From a virus, in IMG/VR virus record IMGVR_UViG_3300025789_000020: 64,000 bases of DNA. The stretch is one strand, 5' to 3'. Positions 1 through 9,677 of this stretch are shown here, piece by piece. Below the pieces are notes generated by a model. The model searched no databases, was not told where the DNA came from, and saw only the letters and a program-made list of their open reading frames with translations. The position numbers and the translations under genes were made by a program. The first letter of the stretch is position 1. The number at the start of each line of letters is the position of its first letter.

Positions 1-177
1 CCAGATGATATTAAAATTAAAATTAAAGAAACAATTACAGCTAACGCAGTACCTAAAGCAGTAGATCAAGTGGGTATTCGTATGCTAAAATTCTGTAATG
101 CATGGGATATGAAAAAGATTGCAGACAATATACAATCTTATGCAGAACCATTTCAAGCAAAATATAAGGAAGAATAA
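1..177 (+). CDS. C-terminal fragment of a gene running off the window, possibly a T4 RNase H-like 5'-3' exonuclease
   Basis: Frame 1 is open from base 1 (PDDIKIKIKETI...MLKFCNAWDMKKIADNIQSYAEPFQAKYKEE) to TAA at 175-177. The product guess rests only on loose resemblance to phage RNase H C-termini. Confidence 0.45.
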   Translation, partial: PDDIKIKIKETITANAVPKAVDQVGIRMLKFCNAWDMKKIADNIQSYAEPFQAKYKEE

Positions 178-178
178 A

Positions 179-682
179 ATGGCACAATGGACCGTTAGTA
201 CATATTATAAAAAATCTTGTCAAGAAGTTGAAACATATCATCAGCGAAATGGTGACGGTAAAGTTACTGTAGTGAATGGGTTTCGATATGGTGAATGGAC
301 CGTAGAAACTACAGACGATAATCCTCCGGAGTTTGAATTTACAGAAGTTCCCGGAGGCGATGGTAAGAAAGACAGTATCAATATGTTAGACTGCGAAGTT
401 AACAATATTGAAAGTGTCGATTTAGTTGAAATGTTCGACGGCGGTTGCTGGTATGATGTTGAATTTGAAGGACTTACAGAAGAAGAGGAAGAAGAGATTC
501 AAGAATTCCTTGACGAAAATAGTCCTTATGATTTAGAAGAGCGCGAAGACGATCCTTGGATGCAGGGAGATACCGAATGGTGGATCTGGGGTCCGATTGA
601 GATTAAAAACGAAGACGGCGAAACTGTACGTATTATTTGCGCAGATGCAGACGGCAATGTAGTAGACTTTAAGGAAGAATAA
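179..682 (+). CDS. Acidic hypothetical phage protein
   Basis: ORF 119..682. ATG 179 follows AAGGAAG and the upstream stop, so it is the likelier start. Confidence 0.75.
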   Translation: MAQWTVSTYYKKSCQEVETYHQRNGDGKVTVVNGFRYGEWTVETTDDNPPEFEFTEVPGGDGKKDSINMLDCEVNNIESVDLVEMFDGGCWYDVEFEGLTEEEEEEIQEFLDENSPYDLEEREDDPWMQGDTEWWIWGPIEIKNEDGETVRIICADADGNVVDFKEE

Positions 683-1161
683 TGACAGAGATACACGCAA
701 AACCAATCGTAGATGGCAAGTTTTGGATTGTTGAACAAGGTGGTGCTAAAATTGCCACCCTACACAAAAAAGAAAATAATAAATTTATTTTAAGTAGCAC
801 CAATGGCGAAGTCATGTTTAATAAGAAACAAGACCTTACAAAACAATTTGGTTCAAACTTTTTCTTAACTAGTACTAAGATTAAAGTTACACAATTAGAA
901 GAACATGATTGCCACGGTTACCCAACTAGTTGTAAACCATATAATGCAATGTATGATGTAAGACGTAAATTACCTTTGTTTACAAAAAGTAATGCTAGTA
1001 AGAGTTTATATTGTGCAGGATATTATGTAATTAAATTTGACAAAGGTTGGGTCAAATCATTTTGTCCTAAAGCAATTACAATTGAACGATATCCAAGTAA
1101 AGGTCCATTTAAATCAGAATTAGAAATGAAAACGGTACTAGCAAATGCAAAATCAGATTAA
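682..1161 (+). CDS. Hypothetical phage protein
   Basis: 159-aa ORF coupled to the previous stop (TAATG). Confidence 0.75.
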   Translation: MTEIHAKPIVDGKFWIVEQGGAKIATLHKKENNKFILSSTNGEVMFNKKQDLTKQFGSNFFLTSTKIKVTQLEEHDCHGYPTSCKPYNAMYDVRRKLPLFTKSNASKSLYCAGYYVIKFDKGWVKSFCPKAITIERYPSKGPFKSELEMKTVLANAKSD

Positions 1162-1390
1162 TCTAACACCTATTGCACAATTTGCACATTCGTTAAGAGC
1201 CGCTGAATTATCACAGTCTAAAGAAGTTAAACTTACAATTCAGCAGGCTCGATTACTTAATCTAGCGTTAACTGAAATACAAGACAAATTATTACAAGAT
1301 TATGAATCTATGTACAATACTCTTAAAAACAGTACTGCTACTGAAACAATAACTGTAACAATGGATGGTGGTGGTTTTACTGACAAGTAA
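1145..1390 (+). CDS. Hypothetical phage protein
   Basis: 81-aa ORF overlapping the upstream gene in the same operon. Confidence 0.7.
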   Translation: MQNQINLTPIAQFAHSLRAAELSQSKEVKLTIQQARLLNLALTEIQDKLLQDYESMYNTLKNSTATETITVTMDGGGFTDK

Positions 1391-1391
1391 A

Positions 1392-1399
1392 GATAAATA
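1392..1399 (+). promoter_or_regulatory. Late (gp55-type) promoter GATAAATA
   Basis: One mismatch to the T4 late consensus TATAAATA; intergenic; a gp55-like gene is present in the window. Confidence 0.65.
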
Positions 1400-1429
1400 T
1401 ATGCGTACATTATTGAAGGTGCGCATATT

Positions 1430-1714
1430 ATGTCAAGACCAAAACCATCAGTCTTATTAGAAAATGTTAATAAAAAGACTTATAAAGCTGAGCAAATTTT
1501 AGAAGCCGAAGCAATTTGGGCTGTGTTCTATAAGAACGAACCTTTTAACTTAAAAAGTTTTAACAGCCTTACGTCTTACCCTGGACCTAAATATAAAAAA
1601 GTGTCTTTCTCAAATCCTGGACATGCACATAATTTGGCAAAGAAATTGAATCTTACTTTTGGCACTGAAGATTTCCAAGTTGTAAAATTAACCCAAGGCA
1701 CTATTGTAAAATGA
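1430..1714 (+). CDS. Hypothetical phage protein
   Basis: 94-aa ORF with a GAAGGTG RBS. Confidence 0.75.
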   Translation: MSRPKPSVLLENVNKKTYKAEQILEAEAIWAVFYKNEPFNLKSFNSLTSYPGPKYKKVSFSNPGHAHNLAKKLNLTFGTEDFQVVKLTQGTIVK

Positions 1715-2121
1715 TAGCCCGTGACACGCTGACTAGAATATTCCTCAAAGAATGGGGCAAAAGTCTAGATGACGCAAATGTCGAGTTATACAATAGAATG
1801 TGGTGGCAATCTAACAGGACCAATAAACCGAACGCTTTTCGACTAAGTGAAAATGGATTTGACTTTTTGGTTAATACTCTAGAAATCAAAATGTACGAAG
1901 TACCATTTACAGAGCCGATCGAACTTAGCCCCCAAACTATTATCTTTTTGGAAAGATACATAGACTGTCCATATTACCTTACAAACCAAAGTATTAGTGT
2001 ATTTTCGGAACGCAAAAGTTTTGAACTTTACTTGTTTTCCGACGATATTCGAAAATTTGGACTAGTAAAGGCTATGACAGAACGTGAAAAAGATTTAGCC
2101 AAAACAGACAATAATCTTTAA
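1711..2121 (+). CDS. Hypothetical phage protein
   Basis: 136-aa ORF with ATGA coupling. Confidence 0.75.
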   Translation: MIARDTLTRIFLKEWGKSLDDANVELYNRMWWQSNRTNKPNAFRLSENGFDFLVNTLEIKMYEVPFTEPIELSPQTIIFLERYIDCPYYLTNQSISVFSERKSFELYLFSDDIRKFGLVKAMTEREKDLAKTDNNL

Positions 2122-2128
2122 AAAATAG

Positions 2129-2157
2129 TTGACGTCTAACGCAGACTCCTATATAAT
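2129..2157 (+). promoter_or_regulatory. Sigma70-type early promoter
   Basis: TTGACG (2129-2134), 17-bp spacer, TATAAT (2152-2157), with an A-rich upstream tract. Confidence 0.8.
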
Positions 2158-2213
2158 ACATACATAGACAGCGTTAATTCAACAACACTTTTTTAACTAA
2201 GATTGGAAATCAA

Positions 2214-3302
2214 ATGGCAGAAATCATTAGCCGTACAGTAGGCCCTAAAGGCGCTAAAAAGTCTTTGCGTAAGGCTTTTAAAAATCAGCGTCCAATTTTC
2301 CTTTGGGGTCCTCCAGGAATTGGTAAGTCAGATATTATCAAACAACTTGGCACTGAGCTTGATGCTCACGTGATTGATGTTCGTTTGAGTTTGTGGGAAC
2401 CTACTGATATTAAAGGTATTCCATATTTTGATAGCAACAACAACACAATGGTTTGGGCACCTCCTAGCGAACTGCCAAATGCTGAGCTGGCAAAACAACA
2501 TAAAACTATTATTTTGTTCATGGACGAAATGAATAGTGCGGCACCTGCTGTACAAGCGGCCGCTTATCAGTTGATTTTGAATCGTCGTGTTGGCACTTAC
2601 AAGTTGCCAGATAACGTAGTAATGGTTGCCGCTGGTAACCGTGAAACTGACAAGGGTGTTACATTCCGTATGCCTGCTCCGTTGGCTAATCGTTTTGTTC
2701 ACTTGGAAATGACTGTTGAATGGGAAGACTACTTTGAGTGGGCTGTTGAAAATAAGATTCATCAGGACGTAGTTGGCTTTTTGAGCTTCTCTAAAAAGAG
2801 CTTGTACGACTTTGATCCAAAGTCTAGCTCACGTGCGTTTGCTACTCCACGTAGCTGGTCATTTGTTTCTGAGTTGCTAGTTGATGACGACACAGATGCA
2901 GATACATTAACTGACTTGGTATCAGGTTCAGTTGGTGAAGGACTTGCTGTTAGCTTTATGGCTCATCGTAAAATTGCAAGCAAAATGCCTAATCCTAGCG
3001 ACATTTTGAGTGGCAAAGTTAAAAAGATGGACTCTAAAGAAATTAGCGCCATGTACTCTTTAACTATTTCGTTGTGCTACGAACTTAAAGATGCATGTGA
3101 CAAAAATGCTAAAAACTGGAATGAGCAAGTTAACAACTTCTTCGAATTTATGATGAATAACTTCGAAACAGAATTGGTTATTATGGGTACTAAATTGGCT
3201 TTGAGCACTTACAAATTGCCATTGGATCCAGATGAGATCAAATGTTTTGACGAGTTCCACTCTAAGTTTGGCAAGTACATTTCAGCCGCAACTGAAAAGT
3301 AA
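2214..3302 (+). CDS. MoxR-like AAA+ ATPase
   Basis: Walker A GPPGIGKS, Walker B LFMDE, sensor AAGN, LANRF arginine finger and ATPRSW motif. Confidence 0.88.
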   Translation: MAEIISRTVGPKGAKKSLRKAFKNQRPIFLWGPPGIGKSDIIKQLGTELDAHVIDVRLSLWEPTDIKGIPYFDSNNNTMVWAPPSELPNAELAKQHKTIILFMDEMNSAAPAVQAAAYQLILNRRVGTYKLPDNVVMVAAGNRETDKGVTFRMPAPLANRFVHLEMTVEWEDYFEWAVENKIHQDVVGFLSFSKKSLYDFDPKSSSRAFATPRSWSFVSELLVDDDTDADTLTDLVSGSVGEGLAVSFMAHRKIASKMPNPSDILSGKVKKMDSKEISAMYSLTISLCYELKDACDKNAKNWNEQVNNFFEFMMNNFETELVIMGTKLALSTYKLPLDPDEIKCFDEFHSKFGKYISAATEK

Positions 3303-3318
3303 TTTGGTTTAGCACTAG

Positions 3319-3347
3319 TTGACACCACCTTCGGGTGGTGTTATACT
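3319..3347 (+). promoter_or_regulatory. Sigma70-type promoter whose spacer is a UUCG-loop hairpin
   Basis: TTGACA (3319-3324), 17 bp, TATACT (3342-3347); ACACCACC-TTCG-GGTGGTGT at 3322-3341. Confidence 0.75.
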
Positions 3348-3376
3348 ATATACATAGTAAACATTTAGGAGCAGAG

Positions 3377-4552
3377 ATGGCAAATTTAGATCCAATTATT
3401 GATAAAATTATTGTAGCACGAGTAGGACTTTTGCTTCGTCATCCATTTTTTGGTAATATGGCAACACGCCTTAAAATTGAAGAGGCAACTGATTGGTGCA
3501 TGACTGCGGCTACAGATGGTCGCACAATTTATTTTAATCGTGACTTTTTTACGCCAATGACTACTAAACAAGTAGAGTTTGTCATTGCACACGAAATCCT
3601 ACATAATGTGTTTGATCACATGGGTCGTGTCGAAAATCGTGATCGTAAAATTTGGAATGCCGCCGCTGACTATTGTGTGAACGGACAGTTGACTAGAGAC
3701 CGTATCGGTGAAGTTCCACCAGCTATTAACATTTATAACGATCCTAAATACTACGGCAAAGGTGCTGAAGAAATCTACGACGAACTTTACGATAGTGCTG
3801 ATAAAATTGATATTGGCCAATTGTTAGACGATCATATTGATTGGACTGGCCCTAAAGGAAAAGACGGACAGCCAAAGTATTCTAAAGAAGAAATGAAGCA
3901 GATTCGTGACGAAGTTCGCGAAGCTACAATGCAGGCAGCTCAAGCGGCGGGTGCAGGAAATACTCCTGCAAGCGTACAGCGTATGATTAAAGATCTAACA
4001 GAAGCAAAGATGAACTGGCGTGAAATTTTACGTCAGCAAATTCAAAGCACTATTAAGAACGATTATACATTTATGCGTCCTAATCGTAAGGGCTGGCATA
4101 TGAGTGCAATTCTTCCTGGTACTAACTACGAAGAAACAATTGACATTTGTATTGCTATTGACATGTCTGGTTCTATCGGAGATGAGCAGGCTAAAGACTT
4201 CTTGTCAGAAATCAAAGGCATTATGCAAGAATACAAAGACTTTAAGATTAAAGTTTGGTGCTTTGATACTAAGGTCTATAACGAAGCCGACTTTGACGGA
4301 TACTCAATGGACGAGTTTGATGAGTATGAAGTTATGGGCGGTGGCGGTACAGAGTTTGATGCCAACTGGGAATACATGAAAGAACATGCTATTCAACCTA
4401 AAAAGTTTATCATGTTCACAGACGGCTATCCTTGGGGTAGCTGGGGTGATGAAAACTACTGTGATACAGTATTCATTATCCACGGCAATGATAAGATTGT
4501 GCCTCCATGGGGAGAGCATGCTTACTACGAAGCATTGGTAGAAACTGCATGA
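3377..4552 (+). CDS. Putative metallopeptidase plus VWA-domain protein (DUF2201-like), partner of the MoxR ATPase
   Basis: HEILH zinc motif, DMSGS MIDAS motif, GGGGT and FTDG motifs; AGGAG RBS before ATG 3377. Confidence 0.85.
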   Translation: MANLDPIIDKIIVARVGLLLRHPFFGNMATRLKIEEATDWCMTAATDGRTIYFNRDFFTPMTTKQVEFVIAHEILHNVFDHMGRVENRDRKIWNAAADYCVNGQLTRDRIGEVPPAINIYNDPKYYGKGAEEIYDELYDSADKIDIGQLLDDHIDWTGPKGKDGQPKYSKEEMKQIRDEVREATMQAAQAAGAGNTPASVQRMIKDLTEAKMNWREILRQQIQSTIKNDYTFMRPNRKGWHMSAILPGTNYEETIDICIAIDMSGSIGDEQAKDFLSEIKGIMQEYKDFKIKVWCFDTKVYNEADFDGYSMDEFDEYEVMGGGGTEFDANWEYMKEHAIQPKKFIMFTDGYPWGSWGDENYCDTVFIIHGNDKIVPPWGEHAYYEALVETA

Positions 4553-4836
4553 GTTTAAAAAACGGCAAACCTAACCCTTTAAATTATTTTAATCTGAGGA
4601 GGGTTGAGTTTGCCTGCCCTCATTTTAAATATACCAATTTAGATCGATACAATCCAACACTAGTTAAAAAAATTGACAGCTGGATTAAATCTAATTTAAA
4701 TAACAGGTATTATGTAGGGCAAGGTATTATGTTAGATAATACAAATACAATAGTGTATAACACCCGTATCGGTTTTGAATCTGAAAAGGAACTTAGTTTC
4801 TTCACAATTGCCTGCCCACATTTACAGCAGAGATAA
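4549..4836 (+). CDS. Hypothetical phage protein
   Basis: ATG 4549 overlaps the upstream TGA (ATGA). Confidence 0.7.
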   Translation: MSLKNGKPNPLNYFNLRRVEFACPHFKYTNLDRYNPTLVKKIDSWIKSNLNNRYYVGQGIMLDNTNTIVYNTRIGFESEKELSFFTIACPHLQQR

Positions 4837-4864
4837 TTATATACGTACATTCAAAGGAGATATT

Positions 4865-5110
4865 ATGACTGATACCGTACAAGATACACAAGAACAATCA
4901 CAAGCACAAGCTGGTGAAAATTCAAATGAGCTGACTATTAATGATCTTAATGCAATGAAAATCATTATTGATATTGCTAGTTCACGTGGTGCATTTAAGC
5001 CAAATGAAATGGTAGCTGTTGGCCAAACTTATACTAAGCTAGAATCGTTTTTAGGCACAGTAGCTAAACAAGCAGAAGCACAAAAAGCAGCCGCACCTGC
5101 AGGAGCATAA
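4865..5110 (+). CDS. Hypothetical phage protein
   Basis: AAGGAGA RBS before ATG 4865. Confidence 0.75.
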   Translation: MTDTVQDTQEQSQAQAGENSNELTINDLNAMKIIIDIASSRGAFKPNEMVAVGQTYTKLESFLGTVAKQAEAQKAAAPAGA

Positions 5111-5111
5111 T

Positions 5112-5753
5112 ATGGCCGAACTCAAACATGTGGGCCGAGTGATATCTACCAAGCAACGTTGTTTAGTAGCATATCGCACATTGCCCGGAGAGTCTAGTAG
5201 TTGTTTAGTTATTCCTACTGATTCTTTAAACGACAGTTATCATAATAGTATTATTAATCTAGTCGAAAGCCAAGCCGGTCAAGACTCATATGAATTTGCC
5301 GACGTATTAATGCGCACAACATTCACTGATGGCAATAATATGCTAAAGTGGTTGCATACTAATGGTCGTCTTCTTAAGATGGGAACTAGTTCCATTGAAA
5401 TGAATCCAAGCCCTGGGGTTACTGTTCAACTAAGCGAGTTAAATCAAATTATTGCAGAGCAACGTGGAGTATCAGTCGATGACCTTTCGCTCAAACCTCA
5501 ATATGATGAACAAAATTCTGCTGAAGCTAAAGCAGTTGCTGCCAAAGCAGAACCAGCACCACAAAATGATGCTTCCAAAACTACATCAGCTAGTGTAAAT
5601 GAATCTGAATCAGCTCAACCTACTCAACCTACTACGTTTGATAGTCCAGAAGCTGAGGCAAAATTTTATCGTTCACAAGCAGATAAATTAGCTAAAGAAG
5701 CTGCCGCTATGCGTCGTCGTGCTGAAGAGTTGTCGCCGATTAAGAAAAAGTGA
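5112..5753 (+). CDS. Hypothetical phage protein
   Basis: 213-aa ORF with an AGGAG RBS. Confidence 0.78.
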   Translation: MAELKHVGRVISTKQRCLVAYRTLPGESSSCLVIPTDSLNDSYHNSIINLVESQAGQDSYEFADVLMRTTFTDGNNMLKWLHTNGRLLKMGTSSIEMNPSPGVTVQLSELNQIIAEQRGVSVDDLSLKPQYDEQNSAEAKAVAAKAEPAPQNDASKTTSASVNESESAQPTQPTTFDSPEAEAKFYRSQADKLAKEAAAMRRRAEELSPIKKK

Positions 5754-6070
5754 GCAATCTAGGAAAATCACTTTCCAAAGATGTTATAAAAAATTGGCCA
5801 GAAGTATTTAGTGAGGTAAAACTTAATGTGTTACCTCTCAGGTATCTATATGCAGTTCTGGTCAATTTTAAAGATGGCAAGACTTGGGAAATAAGAATAA
5901 CCACGGAAATCAAACGCAACGGGTGGCCTGCTTTTGAAAAAAATCTTGCCGAACTAGTTATCGGATACGAAGATAATGTCGACAACGTAGATTTCAAATT
6001 AGATACAATTAAAGTTAGAAGAGATGTCGAGCGTAGTACTCAAAAATTCCTTAAGAAAAAGAAGTTATAA
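5750..6070 (+). CDS. Hypothetical phage protein
   Basis: GTG start coupled to the upstream stop (GTGA). Confidence 0.7.
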   Translation: MSNLGKSLSKDVIKNWPEVFSEVKLNVLPLRYLYAVLVNFKDGKTWEIRITTEIKRNGWPAFEKNLAELVIGYEDNVDNVDFKLDTIKVRRDVERSTQKFLKKKKL

Positions 6071-6757
6071 ATGAATGTTAAATTGCTTAGTTACAGCCAG
6101 CCAACTGAAGAATTCTCTAGTATGGGAATCAATGATGCACAAGAACTCATTGCCTACTGTGCTAGAGTCAGCAACCCGAGCAATCAGCTTAATACAGAAA
6201 CCAGCGAAAAGCTCATACGATATCTTATTAAGCACCAACATTGGAGTCCTCTCGAAATGGTATCTGCCTGTATCGAGATTACAACAACAAGAGATATTGC
6301 TAGACAAATCCTTAGACACAGAAGTTTCTCCTTTCAAGAGTTTTCCCAACGTTACGCTGACCCGACAGCAGAGCTTGATGATGCGTTCGTACTACGAGAG
6401 GCACGATTCCAAGACACTAAAAATAGACAAAACAGTGTAGAGTTTGATCAGTCAGATGATGCACAACGTCTATTAGCCATTGAATGGGAACGTGCTCAGA
6501 AGCGTGTACTATGGGCAGTTAAACAAGAATACTCTTGGGCTATTAAGAATGGTATTGCTAAAGAGCAAGCTCGAGCTGTATTACCCGAAGGTCTTACTGT
6601 AAGTCGTTTATATATGAATGGTACCCTACGTAGTTGGGTACACTTTATTGAATTGCGTAGTGCAAATGGCACACAGAAAGAACATCAAGAAGTAGCATTA
6701 GCTTGCGCTAAGGTCATTTCCGATATCTTTCCGATGACTACTGAATTGATCAGCTAA
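6071..6757 (+). CDS. thyX: FAD-dependent thymidylate synthase ThyX
   Basis: Signature RHRSFSFQEFSQRY, plus HWSPLE, ARAVLP and LR...TQKEH motifs. Confidence 0.95.
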   Translation: MNVKLLSYSQPTEEFSSMGINDAQELIAYCARVSNPSNQLNTETSEKLIRYLIKHQHWSPLEMVSACIEITTTRDIARQILRHRSFSFQEFSQRYADPTAELDDAFVLREARFQDTKNRQNSVEFDQSDDAQRLLAIEWERAQKRVLWAVKQEYSWAIKNGIAKEQARAVLPEGLTVSRLYMNGTLRSWVHFIELRSANGTQKEHQEVALACAKVISDIFPMTTELIS

Positions 6758-7390
6758 CCATTTAAAATCGTTAATTCTACTTAATGCTGGTATATTGCCA
6801 GCATTTTTTTCACCGTATTTTCTGCCTGCAATGGCACCTGCAATAGCATACATAGCATAGTCACCATTTCCAATATTGCACCAAGTGTCTAAACGGTTAA
6901 TAGCTTCAGAATCTCGAATAGATGCTAGTTTTGCGCACTCGCGAAAAGCTGAGCGCCACGTGGTAAATTCATCAGTATTGAACGCAGTAATATTGCTAAC
7001 TTCTTTCATTACTTTAAATTTCTTACTGATACTCGTAGTCATGTCTGGATTATTAACATTCATTTTTAATGTTAGTTTTTTAGGTAATAGTTTTACGCCA
7101 CCGTATCCATAACTCAAACTATTAATAGGATTAATACTGTGCCAGACATGTACAGCATCCATTTCCCAGGCTGGTACTTCGTGATCAAATTTAAAAGAAT
7201 TTAGTACGACCGCGTCTGCATCAACTACCCAAAACATTTTAGTAAAGCATTTTTTAGCTGCCGCTATATGCGCTTGATGTATTCCCTTAACCCCATGCAC
7301 ACGCTTTGCTAGAGGAAACCGTTCTTGTAACCTAGCAAAATTATCATCTGCATCTGGTTCATTATATGAAATAAAAATAATATCGTACAT
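6698..7390 (-). CDS. Putative glycosyltransferase (GT-A fold)
   Basis: N-terminal DIIFISYNE strand and FWVVDAD DxD motif; paralogue of 7390..8280. Confidence 0.65.
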   Translation of the reverse strand: MYDIIFISYNEPDADDNFARLQERFPLAKRVHGVKGIHQAHIAAAKKCFTKMFWVVDADAVVLNSFKFDHEVPAWEMDAVHVWHSINPINSLSYGYGGVKLLPKKLTLKMNVNNPDMTTSISKKFKVMKEVSNITAFNTDEFTTWRSAFRECAKLASIRDSEAINRLDTWCNIGNGDYAMYAIAGAIAGRKYGEKNAGNIPALSRINDFKWLADQFSSHRKDIGNDLSAS

Positions 7391-8280
7391 TAGAGTCTTC
7401 TTAAATTTCTTGGAACATTACTGTATACTGATTTAAAAAATTTACTGCCGTCAGCAGATAAGTCAGCCATTTCTAAATCGTACTCATGTTTTAAAGTTTC
7501 ACCTATACCCATAATCTCATAAGGCAACATTTCTTCAGTAATTTTGCTATAATGATTTTCCCACTCGTTAGTTAACCAATCAAAATCACGAACATTGGCA
7601 TAATCCCAATCAGTACACATAGTACGGTAGCATCCTTCTCTAGCACCGTACATGCTCCATAATCCGTTTTTTACGTCGGATCCTATGTTGCACCAAATTA
7701 ATAATCGATGATAATTCTGCCACCAAATATCTTTTAAATGAGATGCTTTGGCTCCTTGTAACAAACACATTTTTACACCTTCGCGGAATCCTGCTCTCCA
7801 TGATTGGAATGGTGTAGAGTTAGTAAAACTCTCGCTGTAGTTTTCATTAAACTGAATATATAAATCGTCAAAACAAAACTCAACTAATCCTTTAACATCA
7901 GTAGGATCGCTATTTTCATGTGTTCGCATATTGTTTACAAACTCACGAGTCCATAGTTTTAAACCACCATTGCCGTACATCAATCCGTTAACATGAACTT
8001 TTCCGCACCAGCTGAACACATTTTTTTCAGTTAGTTTTAGTTTGTCTAAATCTATTTCAACTTCTAAAAATTTTGGATCAATAATGTTGTCAGCATCTAC
8101 TGTAACAAAATATTCAGTTTCGCTTAGAGCCGCACATGCTTTATGTGCCGCATCACTACCTTTAACTCCGTGTACACGTTTAGCCCAAGGTGCTTTTGTT
8201 AATAAGTCTGCATAATTCTTCTCAGCGTTAGGTTCATCGTAGCTGAGAAATATAATATCTTGTTCTATGATTTTAATCAT
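7390..8280 (-). CDS. Putative glycosyltransferase (GT-A fold)
   Basis: DIIFLSYDE and FVTVDAD; shares KRVHGVKG, YGxGGxKL and WRxxFRE motifs with the neighbour. Confidence 0.65.
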   Translation of the reverse strand: MIKIIEQDIIFLSYDEPNAEKNYADLLTKAPWAKRVHGVKGSDAAHKACAALSETEYFVTVDADNIIDPKFLEVEIDLDKLKLTEKNVFSWCGKVHVNGLMYGNGGLKLWTREFVNNMRTHENSDPTDVKGLVEFCFDDLYIQFNENYSESFTNSTPFQSWRAGFREGVKMCLLQGAKASHLKDIWWQNYHRLLIWCNIGSDVKNGLWSMYGAREGCYRTMCTDWDYANVRDFDWLTNEWENHYSKITEEMLPYEIMGIGETLKHEYDLEMADLSADGSKFFKSVYSNVPRNLRRL

Positions 8281-8848
8281 TTATAGTCAATCCATAAGAA
8301 TCAAAAACAGCCTTTGAGGCTATTAAGATGTTTTCTATATCACTTTCAAATTTAGTGTCGAATGGTACGTACACTACCGGTTGTTCTAATAATTGTTTAG
8401 AATCTACTATAATTGTTCTAATTAAAAAATTAAAATTATTTTCCTGCATGACAAAGAATACTAAGTTGGCAATAGGCTTGTCACCGATAGAGTTTTTGCA
8501 TTTATCAGATAGATTAAATCCCCAACGATTATTATCCCAAGTTACCGTTAAATCTGTTGACTTTGTTGGAGGGTCTATAATCCATTCTAACACACTGTTT
8601 CTAGCCACTGTGTTATGGTCAGCTTTTGGAATTATACCAGTGTATACCCGCTTACCAGGAAGTTTTATATTACCAACTACATATTCAAAGAATTTCTTTT
8701 TTCCAGTTATAAAGTCATTATATTCGTCATACTTTATTTCTAAAAAATTTTCAGTTTGTTGTTCATTTGACGCAGAAATAATCCTGCCAGTTGCTTTATC
8801 ATAGTGCAAATAAAATTTAAGTGCAGGTGCTTTGTATTTACGAACCAT
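8273..8848 (-). CDS. Hypothetical protein in the glycosyltransferase cluster
   Basis: 191-aa ORF overlapping both neighbours on the operon strand. Confidence 0.7.
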   Translation of the reverse strand: MVRKYKAPALKFYLHYDKATGRIISASNEQQTENFLEIKYDEYNDFITGKKKFFEYVVGNIKLPGKRVYTGIIPKADHNTVARNSVLEWIIDPPTKSTDLTVTWDNNRWGFNLSDKCKNSIGDKPIANLVFFVMQENNFNFLIRTIIVDSKQLLEQPVVYVPFDTKFESDIENILIASKAVFDSYGLTIND

Positions 8849-9677
8849 ATACTAACCCCGACAATTTAGACAATATAGATTTATCAATAAAATCTTTTTC
8901 TACATAATGAAATAATTTATCTTGTTTAATATTGCCAACGATAAGTTCACCGTTATTATTTAAGTAGCAAGTAACAACATCTTGCCAGCTTTTAGGCACA
9001 GGCATTAATCCTTGTAACGGAGTTTTCATATGAGCAAATACTAACGGACTTTGTTTACTAATTACCTGTTCAGATATACCAATCATATCAATTGCTATTG
9101 CTGAAGCCAAATCCATGCTTAACCAATTCTGGTATTCTTTAGGAGCAAATTTTCCGTAACATAATTCCCAATTGTTTACAACAAATTCTAGAGTTTTATA
9201 AAAGTTTAATGCCAACTCTGTTTTTTTAAAATAATGCAGAGCAAAATATGGACTAGGTAAACTGTTTGCAATAAATGCTTTCCTATGGAAAGTATCTACT
9301 ACTGGATCTAATTTGTAATTTGTTATTTTAGAACAAAATTGCAAATCAAAATTGCTACAATATTCCCACCAGTCGCTAATATCACCTAACATTAACATGT
9401 CAGTATCTAATACAATAGTTTCATTGTAGGGGCTAATATGAAATAGCTTCCATCGATTTTCTGCACGAAATCTTGTGTCAGTATTGTCAGTCCACGGAAT
9501 AGATATTATTTGATCAAATACTTTTGTATATTTTTTAGGAACAGGATCATTAGTTGCAATTGATATGTTTGTAACTTCTAATTGACTATGTTTAATTGAC
9601 AATGCCAATGCATATGCTTGTTGAATGTAATCAACAGTATCTGTGTTTTGAGCTAATACTAAAAATCCTTTAGACAC
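8838..9677 (-). CDS. Putative glycosyltransferase (GT8-like)
   Basis: SPYNETIVLDTD motif (SPYxxTxxxDxD); paralogue of 9670..10515. Confidence 0.65.
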   Translation of the reverse strand: MSKGFLVLAQNTDTVDYIQQAYALALSIKHSQLEVTNISIATNDPVPKKYTKVFDQIISIPWTDNTDTRFRAENRWKLFHISPYNETIVLDTDMLMLGDISDWWEYCSNFDLQFCSKITNYKLDPVVDTFHRKAFIANSLPSPYFALHYFKKTELALNFYKTLEFVVNNWELCYGKFAPKEYQNWLSMDLASAIAIDMIGISEQVISKQSPLVFAHMKTPLQGLMPVPKSWQDVVTCYLNNNGELIVGNIKQDKLFHYVEKDFIDKSILSKLSGLVYGS

